DNA from: Mobula hypostoma | Taxonomy: Eukaryota | Length of the DNA stretch: 64,000 nt | Direction: 5' to 3' | Assembly (NCBI RefSeq): GCF_963921235.1 | Contig: NC_086097.1 | Location: 171,494,001 to 171,558,000, forward strand | Part shown: piece after piece, positions 1 through 15,623 of the stretch | Layout: each line of letters starts with the position of its first letter | How positions within the stretch are numbered: position 1 is the stretch's first letter | The notes under the pieces: model-generated | What the model saw: only the letters and a program-made list of their open reading frames with translations | Told to the model about the DNA's origin: nothing | Database searches by the model: none | Program-made: the position numbers and the translations under genes

Positions 1-533
1 TCTCCAGTGATGATTGGTTGCAATGTGTCTTCCATTTTAGACAAAGGTTTTATTGATTGTGAGGAAAAACAATCTGTTAAATGCCACAACAAGAGTTGGT
101 GAGCAGCTAGGAGGCAGTGAGTATGGATAATGGGTACTGTATTAACTCAAACTGTCAGGATGAGACTTGTGTCCGCAAGGAGTCTGTGGGGTTTCTCACA
201 ACATCTATCAGTGGCTTGACTAAAAGAATGGAGAACCTTATATCCAGATTTGTTGATGTAATCTAGTCAGCAGGAACAGTGCAGATAGTGGGGGGAAGCT
301 TCCAAAGAGATGTTAAAAGAATAAATGAATGGGCAAGATTGTGGCAGATGAGGTTCAATGCGGAAAAGAAAGTCTTTGGCTCTAGGTCTAAAACAAAGAT
401 AGATTTATGTGTTTTGTGAATAGGAAAGACCAAGGAACTGTGAAGAAGATTTGAGGGTCCTTGCACAGGGGTAATAAGTGGGACTCGATGGGCTGAATGG
501 TCTAGTTCTGATCCTATGTCTTATGCTCTTATG
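1..533 (+). mobile_element. Degenerate CR1 LINE fragments (RT region plus 3' end)
   Basis: Decayed RT-like sequence (tccagatttgttgatg, a KFADD relic). 3' end gactcgatgggctgaatgg...tcctatgtcttatgctcttatg resembles the CR1 3' end at 44330-44381. Confidence 0.6.
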
Positions 534-1104
534 AATCATTGAGAACTGATGGATTGGAGGCAATGTCATTTTAAAAAGGCCAGCTTTAGACCATTTTGGA
601 TGATTGAATGAGGAGAAATTTCTTTACTCACTGAACCTTCTTGTATATTAGAGAAACCAAAGAATATAAGGATATTCCCTAAGTGGTGGTAAGTTGCGAG
701 TTAAACCACGATCTTGATCAACAGTGGAACAGACTCAATGGGACAAAGAACCTACTTCTGTTTACCACAACCAAGACAAGCATTTTGTTATAAATTTCAC
801 ATTTATTTATTTTGTTACGTGAATGCAAATTCCTCAGGAAACTTGGCAGGATTCAAACTTATACTTCTGGATCAAAGATGCAAGAATGTGCAGGAGAACT
901 CACACATGGTGTACAGTTCTAGTTGCTATGCAGAACACAATAACACCAGGGACCTCACATGGTAATGCCGCAAGATGTGGCCAGGAGTCTTTCGGTTAAA
1001 GGAGGAGAATTGAGACAGTGGATCCATTTCCCTTGGAGCAGAGAAGGCTGAAGGAGGAGCTGAACAATATGTTAAAAGATATGGATTGGGGGTCTAGAGT
1101 AGAT

Positions 1105-3445
<2,341 letters not shown>

Positions 3446-4999
3446 AATGTATTATGTTTGCTTTATGAATTTTTAAAATTTATGAAAGGGAAAGAAAGAG
3501 TAATTTCAAGAAAGATAAGCTAATCTTAACTATCCTTATTTTTAAAGTAATGTGTGTGTGTGCATGTGTCGTGAAATGAGGAGGAAGTTAAGGGTCAACC
3601 AAGTTGATGGGCTATGAGTCAGATATAGGCCAGACCAACTAGAGGTCCCCTTCTTTGAACGACATTGATAAAACCTACTTACCAACCGAACATTTGACTT
3701 AGTGTGATTTTGTGCCAAATATATTGCTCATCTTTTTGCTTGCAAAGAGCTTTTGTCATGGTAGTTCATCTCAAAGTGTTGCTCAGATTTTTTGAAAAAT
3801 GAGCAGGTTTTAAAGGATATCCTAGAGAAAATGAAAGGGGCAGAGCAATGGAGCGGGTTAAGACAAAGGTCCAGATTTTAGGCAACTGTTGGTGTCAGGG
3901 TCAATTGAAGTTGTGAATTGCAACTGACTGCATTTGCCTCAGGGATACCATAGAATGAGTCCGTGGGGAGATCTGAAAGCAATGTGGTGAGTTATAAAAT
4001 CTGTATGTTCACGGAATGGGTCGGTGAACACAAGACTAATGGTGCATAGGACCACCTACGAGCATAGATCTAGGATACCACTAGTAACTTCGAACGAAAA
4101 TATTCATAACTTCTGCAGATCCATAAAGATCAGTAAAGATCAGCAAAAAGACCAGGATAGAATATAGTGTTCTCAGTAGCACCATTAATATGTTTACCCA
4201 GCAAGTAACAAACAAATACACATCCCAATATATTAATTTTATGTGTCAGTTAGTAGCAGTAATAAAGAATTGCTGAAGCAAAAATGTGATTTTAGTAATT
4301 CTGGCAGAGTCCTTGAGTTCTACGTATAACAAAATTGCTATTTCAGTTTTTATTAAAGTGATTACATCCTAAGTGTATTTAAATGTGACACTTGATGGCA
4401 TTGCTATGGGTTAATGACATTAATTACCTTTGTCCAGTGCTATGATATTTTATTATTGAAGATATTTTTATTTACTGCTTGTTGAACTTCATAATGGATG
4501 CCTATGTAACGTTTTAAAGTATTATAGAGTCCTATTGCAAAATAATCTGTTTGACATTGCACAGTTAATTGTATTCTCTGAATAAAATTGTTTTTGACTT
4601 TGTTTCCCTTGTCCAAAATGGGTTCACTACTCACTGGTTAAACTTCTTTTAAATGTAATCATCTCCTTTTGTAAGTTTTTCTCTTTCTTGTAATAAGATG
4701 CTTTTTGGTATTTAAAAAAGTACACACACTTTAAACAATATCTTCACAAAGATCAGATATCTCACTAACTATTTACCTGAGTATCAGACACTTCTAACAC
4801 AGTAATGAGTATATTGTTTACACACTAACTTACAAATTCATCTTTCGTGAGTACTTTAGCAATTATAAGAAAATAGGAACTAGAAGCAGGAATAGCTGAT
4901 AATACCTCAGTTCCACTTCCCTGCACTAATGGTATATTCCTGAATATTGAATATTTTTATTATTTTTAACTTCTGGCTAGGCACAGCTCCAATGTCGAA

Positions 5000-5985
5000 T
5001 TTAAGTTTTCTGATGAGACCATGGTCTAACGATGATTCAAAAGTGATGACGAATCAGCATATAGAAGGGAGACTGAAAATCTGACTGAGAGGTGCCACAA
5101 TAACAACCTCTCACTCAATATCAGCACAAGACCAAGGAGCTAATTATTGACATGAGCGGGAAGAAACTGGAGGTCCATGAATCAATCTTCATCACAGGAT
5201 CAGAGTTGGAGTGGGTCAGCAACTTTAAATTCCTCTGAGTTATTATTTTGGAGGACCTGCCCTCAGCCCAGCACATAAGTGCATTTACAAAGAAAACATG
5301 TTAGTGCCTTTACTTCCTTAGGAGTTTACAAAAATTTGGCATACCATCTAAAACTTTGGCAAACTGCTATAGATACTGTATGTAATGGAAAGTATATTGC
5401 ATGGCTGTATCAGAGCCTGGTATGGAAACACCAATGCCCTTGAATGGAAAATGCTACAAAAAAGTAGCTGATACAGCCCAGTCCATCACAGGTAAAGCCC
5501 TCTCCATCACAGAGCATGTCTACACAAAGCATTGTTACAGGAAAGCAGCATCCATCATCAGGGACCCCCACCACCCAGGACATGTTTTTTTTCTTGCTGC
5601 TGCCATCAGGAAGAAGGTTCAGGAGCCTCAGGACTCTCATCAACTGGTTCATGAATAGTTATTACTCCTCAACCATCAGGCTCATGAAACAAGAGATAAC
5701 TTCACTTCATCATTAAAATGCTCCCACAATCTATGGACTCAGTTTCAAGGACTCTTCATCTTTTGATCTCAATATTTATTGCTTCAATATTTATTATTAT
5801 TATTTCTTTCTTTTTCAATTTGCACAGTTTATCATCTTTTGCACACAGGTTGAAGGCCCAAGTTGGTTCGGTCTTTTATTGATTCTATCATAGTTAATAT
5901 TTATTATGGATTTATTGAATATGCCTGCAAGAAAATGGTGACAGATATGTAGTTTGATAATAAATTTACTTTGAACTTTAAACTT
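5000..5985 (+). mobile_element. Rex1/Babar-type LINE, 3' fragment
   Basis: Decayed DDESAYR and NNLSLN motifs; KAASIIRDPHHPGH; LLPSGRRFRSL; 3' end aataaatttactttgaacttt. Homologous to 54783-56137. Confidence 0.8.
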
Positions 5986-6214
5986 TGAATACACACAGTG
6001 ACTGAGTGTCCTCAGCCCTCTTGTAATGAGAATTCAAAAAGCTCACTCCTTTGAGTGAAGAGGTTTCTTTCCATATCTTTACCCCTTATTTTGAGACTGT
6101 GATGCCCAGACCAACTCACTCCTGTCAGAGGACATGTCACCTCCACTTTATCCTTCAATAGGACCATGTCAATAGGACTCTTTAGGTTGTTATAAGGTTG
6201 TTATAGCCAAGTGT

Positions 6215-6545
6215 GGTAGTGGGCATAAGCTCCCACCAACTATTAAAATGCTCCCAATGGCATACATGTCAAATAGCCTCTGACAACTGAGTCCAGCTCC
6301 TGGTCTTCATGTGTGGCTTAGCTACTAGGCTCAGTGGAACCATTACCCACTCATGAGGAAGGCCTATGGAAAAAGTCAAAACTGGAGTCCCTAAGGCAAT
6401 CCTACATTGAGTTCAACATTGACTCGCAATTCCTGCATTGCCCCTGGTGCCAAATTGCATTGGATTCATCAGCTGCATGGAGAGGGGAAGCCTGTTGCAT
6501 GGGCAACAGCTTTCTCTGCATACCGTAATGCCCTGACTGGCATAT
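6215..6545 (+). repeat. Interspersed repeat, possibly RTE-LINE 5' region; second copy at ~48630-48900
   Basis: Shares ctggagtccctaaggca..tcct..gagttcaaca.tgact.gcaa..ctg with 48675-48727. The family assignment is inference. Confidence 0.5.
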
Positions 6546-7734
6546 CACTTAGGCAGATATATGCTCTTGGTTCTAGAGAATACAAAGTCGATCTCTGTAT
6601 CTCCGTCTTATTAGACGATTCCCAATTCCCAGGCAAATCTACACTATATTTCTGTTATCCTAACTACATCCAGAGATTAGTTCAAGTTCTTTTTCAAAGC
6701 CATCACTGGTGTATTTGCTTCCATTACCTTTACAGGCATTAATTCATAACATATTTTGTTTTCTTTGTATTGATCTTGTCTCAACAACCACTGATTTGTG
6801 TCTCTGAACATCAGCTTTTTTGAAAACAGATTCTCCTTCCTTATCCAATCAATGATCCTTGTAACCTCTGCCTGGAGAAGAGCCTTAGATTTGGAATCTG
6901 TGTGTAGGGGGATATCTGGTGGAACAATGAAAAGATTTGTACTGAAAGGGGGATACACTAAAAGTGGACATTCTTCTGAAGGCATTTTAAGCGGAGAGAC
7001 CAATATATGCAATGAAGAAATGGGACAGGGTGGCGGGGGGGGGGGGTGGCGGGGAAGCCAGAAGGATTGACTCCAGGAGGAAGGAAGGGTAAGAAGATTT
7101 TGGAGAATGGTCAGGATTGTCCAGAGACTGGTGCAGCGAGAAAAATTCTGAGGACTTTGGGAATAATTTTATTTTTTCTTCTTCCTTTACATGTCCAGAG
7201 AAAGCAATGGCAGAGAGGATGTGTTTTGGTTCCACAGCACCGTTGACAGCATTTGTGCCCATGGAATAGATGTCTTCAGGCCATCCTTTATAACCAGGTC
7301 CAGGGCAGGACTTTAGAGTGTGCTTTAGTGACTGTGCCTTGATATATTGTTTGGTCAGTAGGTAATGCTACATCTCATCAATAAATTGACCCTCTTCCAT
7401 TCCTTTTACAACTGCAGCTTGATGATGCCCAAATATTGAAATTATATGAGGTATTTAGGCAGGCAGAATCAGAATTAGGTTTATTGTAATTGTCTTACAA
7501 GAAAGTAGTTGTGATAGAGGGATCTAGCCCATGTGTAGGCAATGGGTTTAGTCTAAAACGGCATCTTAGACAGTGCAGGTTTTGTGAGCTGAAGTGCCTG
7601 TTCCTGTGTTGCACTACACTGCTCTATCTTCTATGCACTGCTTTGGGAGCAGAACAGGACTCCATATGGTCACACAGTAGATACAGTTATTTCCAAATAC
7701 AGCAACAACCCCTGGCTGAGTTGACTGCCCTCAG

Positions 7735-8110
7735 CTCAGCACATCACAGGAACCAACCTCACCTCTGTGGACTCTTTCCACACTTCTCACTGCCTCAGTA
7801 AAGCAGCCAGCATAATCCAAGACCCCACAAACCCCAGACATTCTTCCTTCTCCCCTTTCCTATTGGGCCGAATATGCAAAAGCCTGAAAGCACATTCCAC
7901 CAGGTTCAAGGAGAGCTTCTATCCCACTGTTACCAGACCTCTTACATGATAAGATAGTTTCATGGCCTTGCAATTTACCTCATTATGATCTAGTACTTAA
8001 TTGTTTGTCTGGACTGCACAATGCACTGTGTAATGATTTGATCTATATAAACAGTTTGCAAGACAAGCTTTTCACTGCATCTTGGTACATATGACAATAA
8101 TAAACCAATA
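7735..8110 (+). mobile_element. Rex1/Babar-type 3'-end fragment; similar copies at ~8485-8892, 50690-51150, 56140-56480 and 30800-31140 (-)
   Basis: CLSKAASIIQDPTNP..FYP relic and the shared tail ttttcactg..ttggtacat.tgacaataataaacca. Confidence 0.7.
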
Positions 8111-9231
8111 CCAACACCCTACTCCAACAGCTTACGATGTCTTGTACTGTTACAATAGGGCCCAAAGCAAATGTAATGGACAGCAGCTCATCTTCTGTCT
8201 GGGCACACTGTAGCTTTCTGATCTCAATAATGACTTCAAGAACTCCGTCTGTTTAAGCCATCCACCTTCAATATTAGCTTTCCTTTGTTTTCTTTTTTTT
8301 TCTTATTTTGTTCTGGGAGTAGAGAACATGACAACTCTGATCAGTTGGGTAAGGCCTCGTGTTTAGCATTTCACATTCCTGCATTCATCTATCAATGTTC
8401 TGTTAACTCTCTGTAACTGCTGCATTCACTCAATGACCAGATAACGTTGCTCCTTGATAATCCCAATGGTTACCTCATGTTTACCCATCACACAGAAACC
8501 AGACTCCCTTCCATGGATTCTGTTACACTGTTTGCTGCCTCGGTAAAGCAGCCAGCAAGATGCCTCCTACCCTGTACCCTTTTCCCCTCTGTCATTGCAC
8601 AAAAAATACAAAATCCTGAAATAGTATACCTCCAGACTCAAAGACAGCTTCTATCCTGCTATTATAAGACTACTGAAGAGTTCTCTAGCCTGATAAGATG
8701 GAATCTTGATCTTACACTCTACCTCATTATGATATCTACCCTGTACTGTACTTGCTCTGTTACTGTACACCTTATTCTGCATTGTTATTGTTTTGCCTTG
8801 TACTATCAATGTAATGTTGTAACAAACGGAACTGCATGTGTCATATGCAAAAGAAGTTTTTCACTGTAGCTTGGTACATGTGACAATAATAAAGGAGTGT
8901 ATAAATTTACAACCCTCCTGCAACTGAGAAAGCTTCTTTTGCCTCCTGTCTATTTCTGACAAAAAGTGTTTGACCTGAAACATTGTCTGCTTTTCGACCT
9001 CCACCTGTCTGGACTGGGGTAGGAGGAAGAAAATTTAACTGAGGTTGGGTTGAATCTGAAGATGGCTCACAAAGATTAGTGGAGCTGGAGCATGTGGGCA
9101 GGGTTTGAACTGCTGTCAGACTGCATGCTAGTAGCTTATTTGGTCACTGTAAGTTGAAGGTGAAGAGTAGAAGCTGGGGGAGAGTTAATGGGAATGCATA
9201 GAGAATAAGGTGGTATCAGTACACAAGTGAT

Positions 9232-10505
9232 ATTATTTCCAATAATATCGTTACTCATAGAGCAAATGCTTTGTAAGAAGACTTCCTTACCAGCTCTCCT
9301 TAATAGCCCCACTGCAGTTAATAAGTCACATTTTAGTAACAGCTTCGTGGTTGGCAGCGCTATAAGAATTTGGAAGCAGATTCAACTAAACATTAAGGCC
9401 CCAAAAACTTATATTGACACTCCGATTTGTGACAATCATTCCTTTTTGCCTGGCCTGAATGATACTGTTTTTTCTACCTGGAAACAGAGAGGCATCTGCA
9501 GTGCAGGTGACCTATATATTAATGGAAACTCTGGCTCATCTGCGCAGTTACAAGCAGTTTACAATATCCCTGCATCTAGTTTTTTTAGATATTTACAAAT
9601 TTGAGATTATGTTAGGAAATATATACCTAACTTCAAAGTTTTAGACAAACATGAGTTCCTGGAGGCAATAAATAAATTTGATCCTGTTACTCGTAGTCTG
9701 GTATCCTATTTTTATCAGATCCTACATAATGGAGCTCGCGTGAATACTGCAGGTTTTAAACAGGCGTGGGTGGATGAATTGGGTATAGAACTGACAGAGG
9801 AGGTCTGGGATGAGTGTGTAAAGAGTATACATGCTTGTTCGGTCAATGTCAGACACAGACTTATACAGTTTAAAACAATACATAGACTCCATTATTCCAA
9901 AGAAAAGTTGCACAGTTTCTACCCTGATGTTTCACCAGTTGTAATAGATGTAAATCTGTGAACGGCAACTTGTCACATTCATTCTCGTCATGTTGTAAAC
10001 TTTATGCATACTGGAAAAGTATTTTTCACTGTTTCTCTGAGGCTTTTGGGAAGCGCTGGGAACCAGACCTGCTCATAGCCATCCTTGGAGTAACAAGCTC
10101 CCTATCTTCAGCCAATATGTATGAAAAATGGCTGTATTATTTGGAATGGTGATTGCTAAGAAGTTAATCCTGCAAATGTGGAAAATGGACTCTGCCTACA
10201 TACGATCTGTAGCTGAGAGAACTGGCAAATACTTTACATTCAGAGAGACTGAGACTATATAATGAGGACAGAGGAGACATCTTTGAAAGGATATGGGGCC
10301 CTGTAATGGACTTTCTCACGGGGTGAGAACTGAGGTTTTTTTGGCGTGGTGAACCTCTGCTGTGTATGTTTACATTTGCCTTTATATTTTTCTCACTTTT
10401 GCTGCTCAATATTTAATTTGATTTTGTTATGGTTGTGGTTTTTGTGGATGTGCTGTATTTTTTGTGTCATTTTTGTTTGTTTGTAATAAATAAAAATAAA
10501 AATAT
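9232..10505 (+). mobile_element. L1-clade LINE, 5'-truncated, ORF2 C-terminal region plus 3' UTR and A-rich tail
   Basis: RIWKQI..PICDNHSF..WKQRGI..FFRYLQI; AWVDELG..EEVW..RHRLIQFKTIHRLHYS..LSHSFSSC (zf-RVT-like region of fish-type L1). T-rich 3' UTR ending aataaataaaaataaaaat. Confidence 0.85.
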
Positions 10506-10619
10506 ATAATCTAAATTTGGTATTACTACAACAATGGTATTAGTTCCAAGTAAGTGGCATTAGTACATTTATGCAAGGAGGGAGCAATTTGAAAAGAACA
10601 AGACTCATCGGAAGTGAGT

Positions 10620-12650
10620 CATAATTTGAAGCAATAAGTGAGTGAGAGTGAAACATCAATGCAAGGCATGAGCCATTTGAAAGGAAGAAGCCTTGTCAGG
10701 AGTACGTTTTAATTGAGCCAAGAAAAAGAAGGAAGGTTTAAGCGGAGTGGCTATTGCTGGAACAGGCCAGAGCAATAGTGGGAGGTTTTTGCTCAGCAGG
10801 CTCAGCAAGAACTGACTTGGGAAAGCACAGGTAGAGGTTCTAAGCAAGTCTCTACTAAACTTTTTCCTCTTTCCTTGTCTATCAGTACATAGCTAGTGCA
10901 ATGAGGGGTCCAGTGTTAGTGGTATGTTGTCTGTGTGAGATGTGGGAACTTTGGAAGACCTTAAGTCTCCCTGATAACTACATCTGCAGGAAGTACACCG
11001 AGCTGCAACTTCTTAGAAACTATGTTAATGAACTGGAGCTGCAGCTTGATGACCATGGGCTCACACGGGAGAATGAGGAGGTGATAGCTAGGAGCCACAG
11101 AAAGGTAGGCACCCCAGAGTCACAGAAGGCAGGTACCCTGGGTGACTGTCAGGAGAAGACAAAGAATACACAGCCAGTTCAGAGTACCCCTGTGGCCGCT
11201 CCCCTGAATAATAAATATAAAGCCACGGATACTGTTGGGGGGTCGTTGGGGATGACCTACCGGGGAGAAGCTGCAGGTCTCTGGCACTGGCACTGAGTCT
11301 AGCTCTGTGGCTCAGAAGGGAAAGAGGGAGAAGAGAAGTACATTAGTGATAGGGTATTCCATAGGTTAGAGGAACAGACAGGAGAAAAAGAAACCCGAAT
11401 GATATTTTGCCTCCCGGGTGCCAGGATCAGAGATGTTTTGTACTGGGTTCACAGCATTCTAAATTGGGGGTGGGGGGGTGAGCAGCCAGAAACATGGTAC
11501 ATATTGGTACCAACAACATATGGAGAAAAAAGAGTGAAGGTCCTGAAGAAAGAATATGGAGAGTTGGATAGAAAGCTGAAAAGCAGGATCTCCAGGGTAG
11601 TAATCTCTGGAATGCTGTCTGGAACATCTGCCAGTGAGGGTAAGAACAGGATAATTTGGCAGATGAATGCATGGCTGAGCAGTTGGTGCAGGGGACAGGG
11701 TTTCAGATTTCTAGATCATTGGGATCTCTTTTGAGGGAAGTATAACCTGTACAAAGTAGACATGTGCCGGTCGTGCATGCAGCCTGGTACAGCCGTTCTG
11801 ATCTATTCTTACTTTCTTCTTCTTACTTTTTAATTTATGTTATTTTTTGTATTTTTTTCTCTCGCGATAACACGTCGAAGCTGCACCCTCTCTAACATGC
11901 TGGTAGAGAGAGTTTTATTTGGGTTTTCTTTAGCGCTGGAAATGGTTACATCCCGACACGCGGGACAGAAGCAAGGTTTCATTGTGTATTCCACGGACCA
12001 GCAAATACTGGCCGGTTTAGCAAGCAGAGTGGCGGACACCTCTGTTGAAATCCGGAGGAAAACACACAGAGGATGCAGAGGGGGATCACAAAGTTGAGGA
12101 AAGAGGACTGGGTCGAGACAACAGAGACTTTTGAAGAAGAGGAGTTCGGTGGGTAATACCATTCTGGCTGACCGGAAGTGCACTGAGAGCGGTCAGCGTA
12201 AAGAAGTTGGGTGCTTACTGATCTAGTTAACAACAGATGGTACAATCGAGGAACGATCGAGGAACGTGTTTGCAGACTGGATATTGAACTTTTTACTGTT
12301 GGACTTCGGCCACATTCCACCGTGATACAACACTTGGCGGCACGGGAGGTCGTTCCTGCCTGTGGCCATCGAACGTGCAGCTCCTCCCGTGGAGGGTCAG
12401 ACACCCTGAGCCAATTGACTGGTCCTGGACTTATTTTCCACCTGGCATAGTTTGCATTTTGTTGTTTGATTGTTGGGGGTTTTTGTATTGCTATATTCAC
12501 GCTCTATTCTTGGTTGGTGTGGCGGTAACAAAACCAAATTTCCCTTGGGATTAATAAAGTATATCTATCTATCTATCTACCTAAACCCAAGGGGGAGCAA
12601 TATCCTTGCAGGCAGGTTAGCTAGAGTGGTTAGGGAAGGTTTAAACTATG
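10620..12650 (+). mobile_element. CR1 LINE 5' part: ORF1 pseudogene (zinc finger/leucine zipper plus SGNH esterase), interrupted at ~11757-12578
   Basis: CCLCEMWE..YICRK..LQLLRNYVNELELQLDD; CLPGARIRDV; VVISG; NAWLSSWCRGQGFRFLDHW. After the insert the frame resumes with LNPRGSNILAGRLARVVREGLN. Confidence 0.85.
11757..12578 (+). mobile_element. Internally deleted (non-autonomous) Rex1/Babar-like retroelement inserted in CR1 ORF1
   Basis: CpG-rich body with a relic of the endonuclease region (LVNNRWYN..DIELFTVGLRP). 3' end tttcccttgggattaataaagtatatctatctatct. It splits the CR1 esterase sequence. Confidence 0.7.
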
Positions 12651-13850
12651 ATGTGGACATGACTGAGTCGTCACTGAAAGAAGATCATAGTTGGGAACTT
12701 AACATCTAAGGATACTTTATACCTTATACTTTATTGTCGCCAAACAATTAATACAACATACAATCATCACAGCGATATTTGATTCTGTGCTTCCCGCTCC
12801 CCGGAATACAAACCAACAGTAAATATTAAAAATTTAAATTATAAATCATAAATAGAAAATAGAAAATGGAAAGTAAGGTAGTGCTAAAAAAAATCGAGAG
12901 GCAAGTCCGGATATTTGGAGGTTACGGCCCAGATCCGGGTCAGGATCCGTTCAGCAGTCTTATCACGGTTGAAAAGAACCTGTTCCCAAATCTGGCCGTA
13001 CGAGTCTTCAAGCTCCTGAGCCTTCTCCCAGATGGAAGAGGAATGAAAAGTGTGTTGGCTGGGTGGGTCATGTCCTTGATTATCCTGACAGCACTGCTTC
13101 GACAGCGTGCGGTGTAAGGTGAGTCCAAGGACGGCAGATTGGTTTGTGTGATGTGCTGGGCTGTGTTCATGATCTTCTGCAGCTTCTTCTGGTCTTGGAC
13201 AGGACAACTTCCATACTGGGTTGTGATGCACCCTACGGTGCATCTAAAAAAAGAGGGTTTTAGGGGACAGGCCAAACTTCTTTACCTTTCTCAGGAAGTA
13301 AAGGCGCTGGTGGGCCTTCTTGGCAGTGGACTCTGCTTGGTTGGACCAAGTCAGATCATTTGTGATACTGACCCCAAGGAACTTAAAGCTTTTGACCTGT
13401 TCCACTTGCGCACCACTGATACACTTTGTATCAAAAGGTAGGCAGAGGATGTAGGGTGGCTCGGTTGGTAAAAAATGAAATCAAATTCTTACATAAAGGT
13501 GATATAGGATTAGTTGATGTAAATCCTTGTAAGTAGAGTTAAGAAATTGCAATGGTAAAAAGACCCTGAAGGGACTTATATACAGGCTCGTACGGGGGTT
13601 ACAAATTACAACAGGAGATAGAGAATGCTTGTCAAAAGGACAATGTTATGATAGCAATGGGGGATTTCAATATGTAGGTAGATTGGGAAAACTAGGTTGG
13701 TGCTGCATCCCAAGAGAGGCCATTTGTAGTACGCTTATGAGATGTCTTTTTAGAGCAACTTGTGGTTGAGCCCACTTAGGGGAAAGATAATTCTAGATTG
13801 GGAGTTGGTAATGAACCTAATTTGAATAGGGTGCTTAAGGTAAAGAAACA
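12648..13850 (+). mobile_element. CR1 ORF2 AP-endonuclease region, decayed, split by the 12716-13417 insert
   Basis: TES.LKEDHSWELNI.GY; after the insert, MGDFN..DW and FLEQLVVEPT..ILDW motifs. Confidence 0.75.
12716..13417 (-). mobile_element. Rex1/Babar-type LINE, 5'-truncated, inserted in CR1 endonuclease sequence
   Basis: CRSSAVRIIKDMTHPANTLFIPLPSGRRLRSL; tail reads atacttt repeats on the + strand; gatac at both junctions. Near-identical family to 22133-22945. Confidence 0.85.
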
Positions 13851-15191
13851 TTTAGTGCTCATTTCACCTTTTAAATTGCTGAATTACTTCTGATGAAGAT
13901 ATTAGAACAGTTTCTCCAATTCTCCTGTTTCAGGTAGCCTACTCTCCTACCTCTTTTCTCTCTCCTCCTGATCTACACAGATCCTCCTACACTTAGCCTC
14001 TTATCATCCAGCCCCAAGTTTCTTTCTCATCTCCACCCATTCCACCTGCCCATCATCCACACATTTCTCGTTGTCTCGTTTACAACTCCCTCCGCGTATC
14101 CCACCTCCTTTATTCGTTTCGCTGCTTCACCTTGCAGTCCTTTCAGATTCCATCATCTTCACCCCTTTACTGTCTCCACCTTTCTCCTCTTAGCCTACTT
14201 TGCTACTTCCATCCTTCCCTCCTTCATCTGCCTTTCATCCTTTCTCACCTAGATCCACCTATCGCTTGCCGGCTGTTGCCACACCCCTCCTGCTCACTCT
14301 TTTATACTGCCCACCTCCCCTCTATCTTTCAGACTCTCGTCCCGAAATTTCAACTGTCCATTTTCCTCTGCCGATGCTGCCTGACCTGCTGATTTCATCC
14401 AGCATCATTTCTTTTTGCTATTGATCTGGATTTTTTTTTGTGGAAAATAATATTAAACAATAATGAGAAATAATGCTGAGGAACAGCATCCAACAGAGTG
14501 TTACAGTTACAGGGGATGCGCAGTGCAGGCCGAAAATAGGGCAATATCATAATGAGGTACGTTGTAAGGAAGATTGTGAGAACTGAAATTAAAAAGACTT
14601 TGTGGGGAAGGTCCATAATGCTACGAGGTTCCTCCAACATATTACGTTCCTACAGTGATGTTGGGAAAGGTGTTCCACTATTTAGACTCTGCAGCAACAA
14701 AGGATTGGGAATGTGGGTTTAAATTAGAATCGTATGCAACTTGCAAGCGGTGGGATTTCTATGTTCCCAGTAGTCTTGTCCTTGGTTGCCAAGATGCAGA
14801 GTCATTGTCAGAGTAACTTCAGTGTATTTTGTAGATGATGCACACTGTACTCGCTGTGCATTGATGGGAGAGGGAGTGAATGTTGAAATTGTTGATAGGG
14901 TTGCCAATCAAAATGGCTTCTTTGACCCGGAATCTGTCAAAGTCTCAAGCTTTGCTGGAATAATCCTCTTCCAGGAAAAATGGGATAAAAATTACAGTGA
15001 AGGTTTTGAATTTTGATGATTTTCGTTCTGTAGCTCAGTGCCAAGATTTTAAAGGTTTCATAAAGACCCTTTCATAAAAAAATCACACATATCCTTCAGC
15101 CTTTAATATAGAAGTGAATCATATACAACTCAGATTAAATGCAATACTTCAATGTACTATAACATACTGACAAGATGTTTCCTTTACAAAA

Positions 15192-15623
15192 TGTCAGCTG
15201 TGGCTCAGTAAGTACAACTCTCAGCTCTGAGTGAATATGTTACCCACTCAAGGTCAATTCCTGAGACCTGACTGTGACCATGTGGGCTTACATTGCAGAA
15301 CTGAAGGAAGCTGCACTCTGTAGCCTGCATCTCAAGTGCTAACTCGTGCCTGCCTTCTCCATCAAAATATGGAGAGCACAGGACACAATCTTGAAGAACA
15401 GCAGGGTAGTTTCTCCTTGTGTCACATCCTGTATTTATCCTTCAATCAGCATCAGATTCTGATCATTCTCATGTGACAGGTTGTGGGAGCTTGCTGCAAG
15501 CACATTGGCTGTCATGTTTCCCGTTGTAGAACAGTGACAACACTTCAAAAAGGACTTCAGTTTCTACAGAGCATTTGAGGCACTTGAGGTTTGTGAAGTG
15601 CTGCAGAAATGCAGTCTTTCTTT
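15192..15623 (+). mobile_element. DeuSINE (SacSINE1/AmnSINE1-like), diverged, near full length
   Basis: tRNA-like head gtcagctgtggctcag..actctc..ctctgagt; Deu-domain-like gaagaacagcagggtagtttctcc..tatttatccttcaa; 3' ttgtgggagcttgctg..ttggctg..acagtgac..cacttcaaaa..aaatgcagtctttcttt. Recognised from memory of the family consensus. Confidence 0.7.

Noticed and set aside
7022..7055. G-rich tract with G-quadruplex potential
   Set aside because: Simple poly-G low-complexity run; similar runs occur at 40741 and 61291 with no supporting context.
6677..7262. Cluster of 66-111 aa ORFs in non-obviously repetitive sequence
   Set aside because: No recognisable domain, overlapping on both strands, and lengths consistent with chance.
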